This document shows positions 1 to 7,977 of a stretch of 32,000 bases of DNA, one piece after another. The notes under the pieces were generated by a model. That model saw nothing but the letters and a program-made list of their open reading frames with translations, had not been told where the DNA came from and did no database searches. The position numbers and the translations under genes were made by a program. Origin of the DNA: Actinobacteria bacterium HGW-Actinobacteria-1 (GTDB lineage Bacteria > Actinomycetota > Coriobacteriia > Anaerosomatales > Anaerosomataceae); NCBI GenBank assembly GCA_002841355.1, contig PHFB01000002.1, forward strand, positions 275,414-307,413. Reading direction: 5' to 3'. How positions within the stretch are numbered: the first letter of the stretch is position 1; the number at the start of each line of letters is the position of its first letter.

Positions 1-294
1 GCACTCGCGCGGCGCCCCAAGGCGCTCCTGCTCGATGAGCCGTTCTCAGCGCTCGACGCGCCCATCCGTGCCGAGATGCGCGAGGTCGTCCGGGACGTGC
101 GTCGTGACTTCCGCGTGCCGGTCGTGATGGTCACGCACGACCTCTACGAGGCGTACACGATGGCGGACCGCCTCGTCGTCTACGGCGGCAACGGCGAGTT
201 CCAGACCGGCACACCGTGCGAGCTCTTCAAGCAGCCTGCTACTCCCGCAATCGAGGCGCTCCTCACGAGCGAGCGGCTGTGGGCGTGCGTGTGA
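1..294 (+). CDS. ABC transporter ATP-binding protein, C-terminal fragment (5' end lies outside the window); possibly a molybdate/tungstate/sulfate-type importer ATPase
   Basis: Frame 1 is open from base 1 and reads ALARRPKALLLDEPFSALD (Walker B), then VVMVTHD (H-loop). Stop is TGA 292-294. The substrate guess rests only on the NifQ-like neighbour. Confidence 0.85.
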   Translation, partial: ALARRPKALLLDEPFSALDAPIRAEMREVVRDVRRDFRVPVVMVTHDLYEAYTMADRLVVYGGNGEFQTGTPCELFKQPATPAIEALLTSERLWACV

Positions 295-695
295 CCGCCG
301 CCCTCGCCCCCGGCGTGCTTGAGGCGCTCCTTGGCCCGGGCGGTCCGCGTGACCGCTTCCCGGTGGCGGATCGCGCCGAGGAGTACCACGCGCTCGTCGC
401 GCTGCTGCTCGCCAACGCCTCAGACCCCGCCGACCCGACTACGCCGCAGGTCGCCGCCGCTATCGCCGCGGGGTGTCTCGGGCAGGAGCACCTCTGGCGC
501 GACCTCGGTCTGCCGGAGCGGCCGGTGCTGCGCGCGCTCATCGCAGCGTATTTCGCGCCGCTCGTCGCCGAGAACGACCGCGACATCCGCTGGAAGCTCT
601 TCTTCTACCGCAAGCTCTGCGGCTGGGGCGGCTTCAGCACTTGACGGTCGCCCTCGTGCGGAGCCTGTAGTGGCTACCGGGAGTGCTTCGGATAG
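291..695 (+). CDS. nifQ: NifQ-like protein, predicted selenoprotein with in-frame UGA at 642-644
   Basis: GTG 291 overlaps the upstream stop (GTGA). The core LWRDLGLPERPVLRALIAAYFAPLVAENDRDIRWKLFFYRKLC resembles the NifQ family. The ORF track ends at TGA 642-644, but the same frame continues RSPSCGACSGYRECFG to TAG 693-695. That gives U-x4-C-x2-C-x5-C, the spacing of the conserved NifQ C-terminal Cys motif. Confidence 0.7.
659..679 (+). promoter_or_regulatory. Candidate bacterial SECIS-like hairpin for the UGA at 642-644
   Basis: CGGAGCC / TGTAGT / GGCT(A)CCG forms a 7-bp stem with one bulged A and a 6-nt G/U-containing loop. The loop begins 24 nt after the U of UGA. Folded by eye only. Confidence 0.4.
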
Positions 696-769
696 GCGGC
701 GCGTGTGCCCCCTTGGCACGTTTCGTGGATAATCGACACCGTTACGTGCATACGCCGAGGAGGATGCTC

Positions 770-1999
770 ATGCCCCACCGCCCGTACGAGGACGTCCGTG
801 TCGAAGGACACCTCATCGACTCCGGGATCATGTCGCAGATCATGGACACGATCGTCGCCCTCGACGGGGAGTTCGAGACCCTCACCTTCGAGGTCGGTCG
901 CACCAACGAGGACGCCTCGGTGGCCGAGATCCGCGTGAAGGGCCGCAGCCAGGAGCACCTCGAGGAGCTGCTCGGCTCGGTCCAGCTCTTCGGCGTGGTG
1001 CCGGTGCACCCCGACGACGCGGTGCTCGCTCCGGTGCCGTGCGACGGCGTCTTCCCCGAAGGCTTCTACTCCACCACCAACCTCGAGACCGCGGTCCGCA
1101 TCGGCGGTATCTGGGTTCGCGTCGAGAATCCCGAGATGGACCTCGGCATCCGCGTCGACCCCGAAGCGGGTACCGCCGAGACCGTCCCGATGGCCGATAC
1201 GCACGAGGGCGAGCTCTTCGTTGTCGGCCACGGCGGCCTTCGCGTCCAGCCGATCGAGCGCCCGCGCGCCGGCCAGGCGTTCGAATTCATGAACTCGGCG
1301 GTCTCCTCGGAGAAGCCGAAGGCGCAGGTCGTGGCCGAGATCGCACGCATGCTCCGGCAGGTGCGTGCTGCAGGCAAAGAAGTCATCGCGGTCGTCGGCC
1401 CCGCGGTCGTGCACACCGGCGCGGCAGGGCATCTCGCTCGGCTCGTCGAGATGGGGTACGTGAGCGTGCTCTTCGGCGGCAACGCCGTGGCCACGCACGA
1501 CATCGAGTCTGCGCTCTACGGCACGTCGCTCGGTGTGTCGATCTCCGAGGGCATCCCGAAGGTGGGTGGCCACGAGCACCATCTTCGTGCGATCAACACG
1601 ATCCGACGCCTCGGCGGCATCAAGCCGGCGGTGGAGCAGGGCGTTCTCACCGAGGGCCTCATGTACACGCTCGTGAAGACCGGCACGCCGTACGTGCTCG
1701 CTGGCTCGATTCGCGATGATGGCCCGCTGCCGGACGTCATTACCGATGCGGTGCAGGCGCAGGCCGCCATGCGGCCGTACTGTCGCACCGCGGGCGCGTG
1801 CATCATGCTCTCGACGATGCTGCACTCGATCGCGACGGGCAACATGCTGCCCGCCTCGGTCACCACGGTCTGCGTCGACATCAATCCCGCCGTCGTCACG
1901 AAGCTCTCAGACCGCGGCAGCTTCCAGACGATCGGCATCGTGACGGATGTGGGGCTCTTCCTCGGCCAGGTGGCCGACGACCTGGAGGCCACAACGTAG
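770..1999 (+). CDS. TIGR00300 / LOR-SDH N-terminal-domain family protein (ornithine cyclodeaminase-like)
   Basis: ATG 770 lies 6 nt after GAGGAGG (757-763). The 409-aa product reads MPHRPYEDVRVEGHLIDSGIMSQIMD...GPAVVHTGA...GGNAVATHD...LAGSIRDDGPLPDV, typical of this conserved family. The ORF-track start at 683 is probably too far upstream. Confidence 0.8.
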   Translation: MPHRPYEDVRVEGHLIDSGIMSQIMDTIVALDGEFETLTFEVGRTNEDASVAEIRVKGRSQEHLEELLGSVQLFGVVPVHPDDAVLAPVPCDGVFPEGFYSTTNLETAVRIGGIWVRVENPEMDLGIRVDPEAGTAETVPMADTHEGELFVVGHGGLRVQPIERPRAGQAFEFMNSAVSSEKPKAQVVAEIARMLRQVRAAGKEVIAVVGPAVVHTGAAGHLARLVEMGYVSVLFGGNAVATHDIESALYGTSLGVSISEGIPKVGGHEHHLRAINTIRRLGGIKPAVEQGVLTEGLMYTLVKTGTPYVLAGSIRDDGPLPDVITDAVQAQAAMRPYCRTAGACIMLSTMLHSIATGNMLPASVTTVCVDINPAVVTKLSDRGSFQTIGIVTDVGLFLGQVADDLEATT

Positions 2000-2053
2000 C
2001 ACTTCGGCGCGGCACTTGCTTTCAAAAGGGGCGACCAACGAAGGAGCACCGCC

Positions 2054-2740
2054 ATGAGCCTCATGCACGCACATCGCGACAGTGTCGATGACACGCCGCC
2101 TATCGATCGGGACGCGCCCGCCGACTTCCAGACGGCCACATTCTCGCTCGGTTGATTCTGGGGACCCGATGCCCGGTTCGGGCAGATCCCCGGCGTGATC
2201 CGTACGCGTGTCGGCTATGCGGGCGGAACGACGCCCGACCCCACATACAAGACCATCGGCGACCACACCGAGACCGTCGAGATCGACTTCGATTCTTCGC
2301 GTGTCTCGTACGCGGATCTTCTCGACGTCTTCTGGTCGGCACACCGCCCCACAAGCCGTCCGTTCTCCAGGCAGTACATGTCCGCGATCCTCACGCACGA
2401 TGACGAGCAGCTTCGTCTTGCCGAGGAGAGCCGCGATCGTCTGTCGGCAACCGTCGGCACGATCTACACGCGCATCGAACCGCTCGACACCTTCTACATG
2501 GCCGAGGAGTACCACCAGAAGTACCGCCTTCGGAACGCCCCGGCGCTCTTCCGCGAGATGCGTGGGTACTATCCCGATGCCGACGACTTCCGCGACTCGA
2601 CTGCTGTGGCGCGACTGAACGGGTACCTCGACGGCAATGGCAGCTGTGACGAGCTGGAGGCCGAGATCGACGGCTACGGCCTGAGCGCCGTGGGCGCGGA
2701 GTGGCTGCGTACCACGGTGTGCGGGCCGATGCGACGCTAG
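2054..2740 (+). CDS. msrA: Peptide-methionine (S)-S-oxide reductase MsrA, selenocysteine form (UGA at 2153-2155)
   Basis: AAGGAG (2041-2046) lies 7 nt before ATG 2054. The translation is MSLMHAHRDSVDDTPPIDRDAPADFQTATFSLG-TGA-FWGPDARFGQIPGVIRTRVGYAGGTTPDPTYK... The TGA occupies the catalytic Cys of the MsrA GCFWG motif. The ORF track only reports the fragment from 2195. Confidence 0.85.
2168..2188 (+). promoter_or_regulatory. Candidate bacterial SECIS-like hairpin for the msrA UGA
   Basis: GATGCCCG / GTT / CGGGC(AG)ATC forms an 8-bp GC-rich stem with a 2-nt bulge. The GTT apical loop starts 23 nt after the U of UGA, and flanking GGG/CCC could extend the stem. Folded by eye only. Confidence 0.5.
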
Positions 2741-2752
2741 GAGGCGAGCCCC

Positions 2753-3157
2753 ATGGACCGCGACAACCGCTCTGACGCCGAGTGGAGGGCTGTTCTCTCC
2801 GCCGAGGAGTACCACGTATTGCGAGAAGCCGGCACGGAGCCGCCGTTCTCAGGCGAGTATGTGGATCTCGATGAGGAGGGCATCTACCATTGCCGTGCTT
2901 GTGGCAATCCCCTGTTCGACTCGAAGACGAAGTACCACTCCGGGTGCGGATGGCCGAGCTTCTTCGACCCGATCTCCCCGGACGCAGTCGTCGAGCTTGA
3001 GGACCTCAGCCACGGCAGGGTTCGCACGGAGATTCGCTGTGGCAGATGCGGATCCCATCTCGGCCATGTCTTCGAGGACGGTCCCGAACCAACCGGCACG
3101 CGCTACTGCATGAACTCCCTCGCCCTCGACTTCGATGAGGGCGCTAAGAAAGAATAA
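2753..3157 (+). CDS. msrB: Peptide-methionine (R)-S-oxide reductase MsrB (Cys form)
   Basis: Two CxxC zinc motifs are present ([27 protein letters not shown]), followed by RYCMNS. The gene starts 13 nt after msrA. Confidence 0.95.
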   Translation: MDRDNRSDAEWRAVLSAEEYHVLREAGTEPPFSGEYVDLDEEGIYHCRACGNPLFDSKTKYHSGCGWPSFFDPISPDAVVELEDLSHGRVRTEIRCGRCGSHLGHVFEDGPEPTGTRYCMNSLALDFDEGAKKE

Positions 3158-3224
3158 GGGTGCGTTATCGCCCGTTCGAACGCTAGACTACGAAGTAGTT
3201 TGGCGCCTGCGACGGGGGACTCGG

Positions 3225-3503
3225 ATGCTTCAAGCAAGCGAGGTCATCGACCTCGTAATAGCGATCGTTCTACTGCCAATCATAGTCAGTAGCAGCCGCA
3301 CGCCATCGCCACGTCGCCGGAGTCTCCTGTTTGTCGCGTACGGGAGCATAGTGGCTGGCTACGTGTTCACCATCGCAGAGGGCTTCTTCTGGTTCGATGC
3401 CATGAACCTGCTCGAGCATGCCGCGTACGCCGTGGCTGGGGTGCTGGCAGTGATCGCGCTCGCCGACTACCGACGGCACTCGTCGTCGGGAGGCTCGCTA
3501 TGA
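3225..3503 (+). CDS. Small integral membrane protein (about 92 aa, 3 predicted TM segments), function unknown
   Basis: ATG 3225 follows GGGGGA. The sequence is hydrophobic (VIDLVIAIVLLPIIV, LLFVAYGSIVAGYVF, AYAVAGVLAVIAL). Its stop overlaps the kinase start (ATGA at 3500-3503). Confidence 0.55.
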   Translation: MLQASEVIDLVIAIVLLPIIVSSSRTPSPRRRSLLFVAYGSIVAGYVFTIAEGFFWFDAMNLLEHAAYAVAGVLAVIALADYRRHSSSGGSL

Positions 3504-5002
3504 TCGAGTGGGCGGTCGTCGCCTTCGATGTAGTCTCATTGGTCACGTTCGGCGTGGCGTTCCTCCTCGTGGTGCGTGAGCGGTTCGAGGAATTCCAGCC
3601 GTACGATCGGATCATCAGGGTATTCCTGGCGCTTGCCATCTTCGTCTACGCGTTCGTTGCCTTCTCGAACATCCTCGAGCATGCGGGCATCACCGCAAAG
3701 CTCGACGAGTACGAGGACTACGTTGAGATCCTGTTCGTTCCACTCGTCGCCTACGCGGTCTACTCGATGCAGACGGCGCGTCTGTTCAAGGACGCACGGC
3801 GGGCAGAGCAGCTTGTACGCGCAGAGCACGGGCTGCTGACCGCAATCGTGGATACGAGCCCGACGGGGATCATGCTGGTGACATCAGCGGGCTCGATCGC
3901 CTTCGCGAACGACACCGCACGCGAGATGCTTGCCCTTGAGCCCATTGCCGAGACGGGCTCGCTTGCGATGCCTCCAGATCTGACGTGCATATCCTCCGAG
4001 AGCACGTCGGCTCGGCCACTGGCCCTCGATACGCTCGCGCTCGGGCAGTCATTCCGCGGCTCGGTCTGCATCGTTGAGGTCGCTGGTCGGAAGATGGCGC
4101 TCTCGGTATCAGCGAGTCCGCTCGGCGAGGGGGTGGAGGCGGGCGATGCGAGGGGGAGCGTGGTCTCATTCGTCGACGTCACCGAGCGCGAGCAGGCGCG
4201 GCAGATGCTTCTGGATGCGCAGGCCCGATACAGTCTCGATCTTGAGCGCACGGTCGACGAGCGCACGGTGGAACTGCTGGCGGTCAATCGTGCGCTGGAG
4301 TCTGCCAACATGGCGAAGCGGGAGTTCCTCGCCAGTGTGAGCCACGAGTTCAAGACTCCCCTCAACGCGATTCAGGGGTTCACCGGGCTCATGTTGGACG
4401 AAGTACCGGGACCGATAAACGCCGAGCAGTCCAAGCAACTCGGCCTGGTGAAGGACTCGAGCGCCCAGCTTCTGAAGCTCGTGGAACGACTGCTTGAGCT
4501 TGAGAAGATCGAGTCCGGGCACGCAGTCGTGACGTGGGCTCCGGCAGTGGTGACCGACGTGGTGCAGCAGGTCGTCGATCTCATCGCGCCGCTTGCAACC
4601 GAGCGTGGTGTAACGCTCGTCGTCGACTCCGATGGCGCGGTCGCCGCCGAGACCGACGCGGGGTTGCTCGGGCAGATCGTGCGCAATCTGGTATCGAATG
4701 CGGTGAAGTTCACGCCGTCCGGCGGAACCGTGACGCTCCGGACGCGTGCGGCGAACGGGAGCGTCAGCATCTCGGTCGCCGATACGGGCATCGGCATTGC
4801 TCAGGCCGATCAGACGACGATATTCGAACCGTTCGCTCAGGTCGATTCGCCGCTCGATCAGAAGCCGGCCGGGACCGGCCTTGGTCTTGCGATATGCCGC
4901 GAGTTGACCACCGCGCTCGAAGGCTCGATCACGGTGGGCAGCGCCCTGGGCGAGGGATCGACGTTCACCGTCGACATTCCCCAGTCGCACGCGGGCGACT
5001 AG
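3500..5002 (+). CDS. Membrane-bound PAS sensor histidine kinase
   Basis: N-terminal TM segments are followed by a PAS-like region (LLTAIVDTSPTGIMLV), the H-box SHEFKTPLNAI, and an HATPase_c region (NLVSNAVKFTP, DTGIGI, GTGLGLAI). No response regulator gene is adjacent. Confidence 0.9.
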   Translation: MIEWAVVAFDVVSLVTFGVAFLLVVRERFEEFQPYDRIIRVFLALAIFVYAFVAFSNILEHAGITAKLDEYEDYVEILFVPLVAYAVYSMQTARLFKDARRAEQLVRAEHGLLTAIVDTSPTGIMLVTSAGSIAFANDTAREMLALEPIAETGSLAMPPDLTCISSESTSARPLALDTLALGQSFRGSVCIVEVAGRKMALSVSASPLGEGVEAGDARGSVVSFVDVTEREQARQMLLDAQARYSLDLERTVDERTVELLAVNRALESANMAKREFLASVSHEFKTPLNAIQGFTGLMLDEVPGPINAEQSKQLGLVKDSSAQLLKLVERLLELEKIESGHAVVTWAPAVVTDVVQQVVDLIAPLATERGVTLVVDSDGAVAAETDAGLLGQIVRNLVSNAVKFTPSGGTVTLRTRAANGSVSISVADTGIGIAQADQTTIFEPFAQVDSPLDQKPAGTGLGLAICRELTTALEGSITVGSALGEGSTFTVDIPQSHAGD

Positions 5003-5938
5003 TTACCCGGCGAGCGGCACGAGCGTCTCGTACCGCGCCACCGCTTCCTTCGCCTCTTCCCGAAGGATACGCAGCGCCATCTCGACGGCCGGCCGCCCAA
5101 CGCTGCCACGCCGGATCACGGCAAGCACGCGTCGATTGATCTGTACGTCGGTCGGGCTCAGGCAGACAACTCCCGGATACTGCGCGAAGAACGCAAGCGG
5201 TGGCACGAGTGCGACGCCGAGCCCTGCTTGCACGGACGCAAGGATCACCTGGTAGTCGTTGCTGTGTAGGTCCACGCGCGCCTCGAACCCGGCTTCTCCC
5301 GCAACACGCACCATGACATCGAGGAACGGCGAGCCGTCGCGCCCGACGACCCAGTTGTCGTTACGGAAGTCCGAGACCCGTACTGCGCCGCCAACACGCG
5401 GGTCGGTGTCGGGGACTGCGATGTAGAGCGGCTCCGTCAGCAGGAGGTGGCGCTCGATGCCCGGGTCGGGCCGCTCGGGCAGACGATCGAATCCGTATGT
5501 GATAACTACATCGAGGTCGCCGGTCTTGAGCATCGGCAGGCTTTCCTCAGGTTCGAGGTCCACCATCGAAAGCGTGAGCAGCGGGTTCTCGGTACGGATA
5601 CGGGCAAGCGCGGGAACGAGCAGCGCCCGTGCCGCGGTTGGGAACGCGCAGGTGCGGAGTTGCCCGGCCACGCCCTCCGAGACGGCCTCGAGGTCCGCCT
5701 CGGCCTCTTCGAGCACCGCGAGCACGCGCTCGGTGTACGCCACAAGCTTCACGCCGGCGTGTGTGAGCCGGACGCCACGGCCGACGCGCTCCAGCAGTTC
5801 GACGCCTGCCTCCCGCTCGAGGACGGCCAGCTGCTGCGACACGGCCGAGGGTGTGATGTAGAGCGCCTCGGCAGCAGCGGCGATGCTGCCGCGTGAGGCC
5901 ACTTCGCGCAGGAGGCTCATGCGATGGACGTTTAACAT
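5003..5938 (-). CDS. LysR family transcriptional regulator
   Basis: The product starts MLNVHRMSLLREVASRGSIAAAAEALYITPSAVSQQLAVLE (LysR HTH) and continues with a LysR substrate-binding domain. The start is taken at the internal ATG 5938 rather than ORF-track 5962. Confidence 0.9.
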   Translation of the reverse strand: MLNVHRMSLLREVASRGSIAAAAEALYITPSAVSQQLAVLEREAGVELLERVGRGVRLTHAGVKLVAYTERVLAVLEEAEADLEAVSEGVAGQLRTCAFPTAARALLVPALARIRTENPLLTLSMVDLEPEESLPMLKTGDLDVVITYGFDRLPERPDPGIERHLLLTEPLYIAVPDTDPRVGGAVRVSDFRNDNWVVGRDGSPFLDVMVRVAGEAGFEARVDLHSNDYQVILASVQAGLGVALVPPLAFFAQYPGVVCLSPTDVQINRRVLAVIRRGSVGRPAVEMALRILREEAKEAVARYETLVPLAG

Positions 5939-6043
5939 GTAAGTACATCTTACGATATGCAATAGAAACCGTGAATGGGATTTATGTATAGCGCGGTCGA
6001 TAATGCTTAGTGAAGGCAGTCACAGCAAAAGAAGGAGCCTGCC

Positions 6044-6157
6044 ATGTTTGGAACACGTTTCCAGGACAGCTTCAGCGAAGGTGTTATCTATCCCGGCCGT
6101 GCCCTTGCGGCACTTGGTCTGCTCGTTGTGCTGACCGCTCTTCTGTCCTACATCTAG
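6044..6157 (+). CDS. Candidate 37-aa small membrane peptide
   Basis: GAAGGAG (6031-6037) lies 6 nt before ATG 6044. The product is MFGTRFQDSFSEGVIYPGRALAALGLLVVLTALLSYI, with one TM segment. It is divergent from the LysR gene and followed by hairpins. No homology is recognised. Confidence 0.35.
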   Translation: MFGTRFQDSFSEGVIYPGRALAALGLLVVLTALLSYI

Positions 6158-6238
6158 GCGTTCCCCCAACGTCTGGATGCCGGGTACCCCCTACCCGGTT
6201 GCGCACCGTCACGGATCCGCCTGAGAACGAACCGCGAC

Positions 6239-6284
6239 GAAACCAACGACCGCCCGGCATTCGTGCCGGGCGGTCGTTGGTTTC
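6239..6284. terminator. Bidirectional terminator-like hairpin (21-bp perfect stem, TTCG loop)
   Basis: GAAACCAACGACCGCCCGGCA TTCG TGCCGGGCGGTCGTTGGTTTC lies between the + strand small ORF and the 3' end of the minus-strand GerM gene. A second 7-bp hairpin, CCGGGTA-CCCCC-TACCCGG, sits at 6180-6198. Confidence 0.7.
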
Positions 6285-6305
6285 CGTGCATGCAGCCGAT
6301 GCGCG

Positions 6306-6983
6306 CTAGGCGTCGATCGGAACGCGGTCGTAGTAGTCCTCGGGGCGCTGCGGTCCGTCGAGCATGATGCCCTCGCCGCCGAACACCTTCACTTTCTTGC
6401 CTTCCATGTAGAACTCGACCGACTCGATCGTGCTGTATTGGGTCAACGTGTAGACCACCTGCGCGAGGCGCATGTCCATCGACAGCGTGCCGCCGCCATC
6501 ATCGAATTCCTTTGAGAGGTCCACTTTGATGGTATGGCCATCGAGGATCACGCTGAGCACCTTCGTACCCTTCGGGATCTCGTTGTGCAACTTCAATCCC
6601 TTGAGCTCCTCGGCCGAGGGTCCCTTCAGCAACTCGAGCATGGCGGTCTTGGCGACGGCCTGCGAGTAGGGGACCTCGCGCGTGACGGCCATGACGCGGT
6701 CTTCGTAGCCGAAGTACAGCTTCACCTTCATCGTCTTCACGGTGGAGCCCGGAGGTAGCGGTGGGTTGGTGGCCGAGGTCGTCTCGGCGGCAGTGCCAGC
6801 CGCCGTCGCCGTCGACTCGGCGCTTGCGGTACTGGTCTGCGACGATGATGTGGCCGTGACCGATGACTCGGCATCGCCCGCGGGAACGGGACCGGCGGTC
6901 TTTCGCTTGCAGCCGGCGATCCCGCCAGCAACAAGCACAACGGCGAGCATCAGCATGAGTGTGAGAGCCCAGGTGCGGCGCAT
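6306..6983 (-). CDS. GerM (GerMN) domain lipoprotein
   Basis: The signal peptide carries a lipobox (LVAGGIAGC) and is followed by an S/T/A-rich linker. The GerMN-like body reads KVKLYFGY...LELLKGPS...GTKVLSV..DGHTIKVDLSKEF. GGAGGA precedes the ATG. Confidence 0.85.
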   Translation of the reverse strand: MRRTWALTLMLMLAVVLVAGGIAGCKRKTAGPVPAGDAESSVTATSSSQTSTASAESTATAAGTAAETTSATNPPLPPGSTVKTMKVKLYFGYEDRVMAVTREVPYSQAVAKTAMLELLKGPSAEELKGLKLHNEIPKGTKVLSVILDGHTIKVDLSKEFDDGGGTLSMDMRLAQVVYTLTQYSTIESVEFYMEGKKVKVFGGEGIMLDGPQRPEDYYDRVPIDA

Positions 6984-7158
6984 GGTTCCTCCAAGCTACG
7001 GGTACCTCGTAATCATACGCTCAACGAGGTGCCCTACCCTCCGAGGTGTTGCTGGAGCGTTGCAGCTGTAGGTAGCCTTGTGATGAAGGATTCGAAAACG
7101 CAGCACGCCCGTGGCAGCAGTACATAATGTGTGACGATTGAGATTATCAGGACATCTG

Positions 7159-7965
7159 ATGTACACTCCGGACATGGAACCGAAGCTAGCAGTCTGTGGG
7201 CACACCGCGCCGTCTCTTGAGGCCACGCTGGCGCTCGCGTGCGAGCACAGAGGGCACGCCGCGATTGATCTGTCGCTGGTGTCACACGATCTGGGTTCGG
7301 TGATCTTGCACACCGGCACGCTTCGCACCCTCTGCGTCTCGGAGGATCTGGAGATCCGCTATCACCTGCCGCTCGGCTACCGTGAGATCGGACATGCCGA
7401 CGAGTCCCAAGCTGCGCTCGCACTTGCCTGGATGATGGAGGCTGTCTCGCAGGTCGCGCTTGCCGGAGGCACGATGCTCACGCTGCACGCCGGGCTGCCA
7501 AGCGATGCATCTCGTGAGCGCGTGCTCGCTACCGCCGAGCGACTCCGGCGCATCGTCGCGCACGGCGACGATCTTGGTGTCCGCGTCTGCCTGGAGAACC
7601 TGCGCTGGGGACTTACGAGCCAGCCCGACGACTTCATGGAGCTCGTCACGCTCAGCGGCGCCGCGATCACGCTCGACGTCGGCCATGCCGCATCAAGCGA
7701 TGTCGCCGAACGTGGTTTCCGCGCCGTCGACTTTGCGCGCCTGGTGGCGCCGTACGTACGCAACGCGCACGTGTATGAGCGCGAGGTAGGTAGCCACATC
7801 GCGCCCGTCGATCTGAAGGCGCTCGCGCCTGCGCTCGATGTGCTGCTCGAAGCGCCGCACTGCGATTGGTGGGTCGTCGAGCTGCATAACGTCGAGGAAG
7901 CCCGTCGCACGAGGGCGATGCTTGCGGAGTTCCTCGCAGGAGCCCCGCTGCGTCTCGCGGTCTAG
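7159..7965 (+). CDS. Sugar phosphate isomerase/epimerase (xylose-isomerase-like TIM barrel) family protein
   Basis: Family-typical motifs are VCLENLRWG, TLDVGHA, RNAHVYE and WWVVELH. The start is uncertain: 7138, 7159 and 7174 are all in frame. Confidence 0.75.
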   Translation: MYTPDMEPKLAVCGHTAPSLEATLALACEHRGHAAIDLSLVSHDLGSVILHTGTLRTLCVSEDLEIRYHLPLGYREIGHADESQAALALAWMMEAVSQVALAGGTMLTLHAGLPSDASRERVLATAERLRRIVAHGDDLGVRVCLENLRWGLTSQPDDFMELVTLSGAAITLDVGHAASSDVAERGFRAVDFARLVAPYVRNAHVYEREVGSHIAPVDLKALAPALDVLLEAPHCDWWVVELHNVEEARRTRAMLAEFLAGAPLRLAV

Positions 7966-7977
7966 CGGCCGCGTTCC

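Noticed and set aside
216-290. ORF-track start at 216 for the NifQ-like gene
   Set aside because: It would overlap the ABC ATPase by 79 nt. GTG 291 forms a GTGA start/stop overlap, which is a more typical coupling arrangement.
674-1825. 383-aa ORF on the minus strand
   Set aside because: It lies fully antisense to the well-supported TIGR00300/LOR-SDH family gene. Its Arg/His/Asp/Ala-rich, low-complexity translation is typical of shadow ORFs in GC-rich DNA, and it shows no recognisable motifs.
2195-2740. Reading msrA as an N-terminally truncated gene or pseudogene
   Set aside because: The missing N-terminus is present in frame upstream with its own RBS. The single interrupting codon is TGA exactly at the catalytic Cys and is followed by a SECIS-like hairpin, so recoding is the more parsimonious reading.
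6010-6309. 99-aa plus-strand ORF
   Set aside because: Its translation is Pro/Arg-rich and it runs straight through both terminator hairpins. The 37-codon ORF in another frame has the RBS.
7088-7096. GGATTCGAA, resembling a tRNA T-loop
   Set aside because: There is no complementary T-stem, acceptor stem or anticodon arm in the flanks. It is most likely chance sequence in the GerM/isomerase intergenic region.
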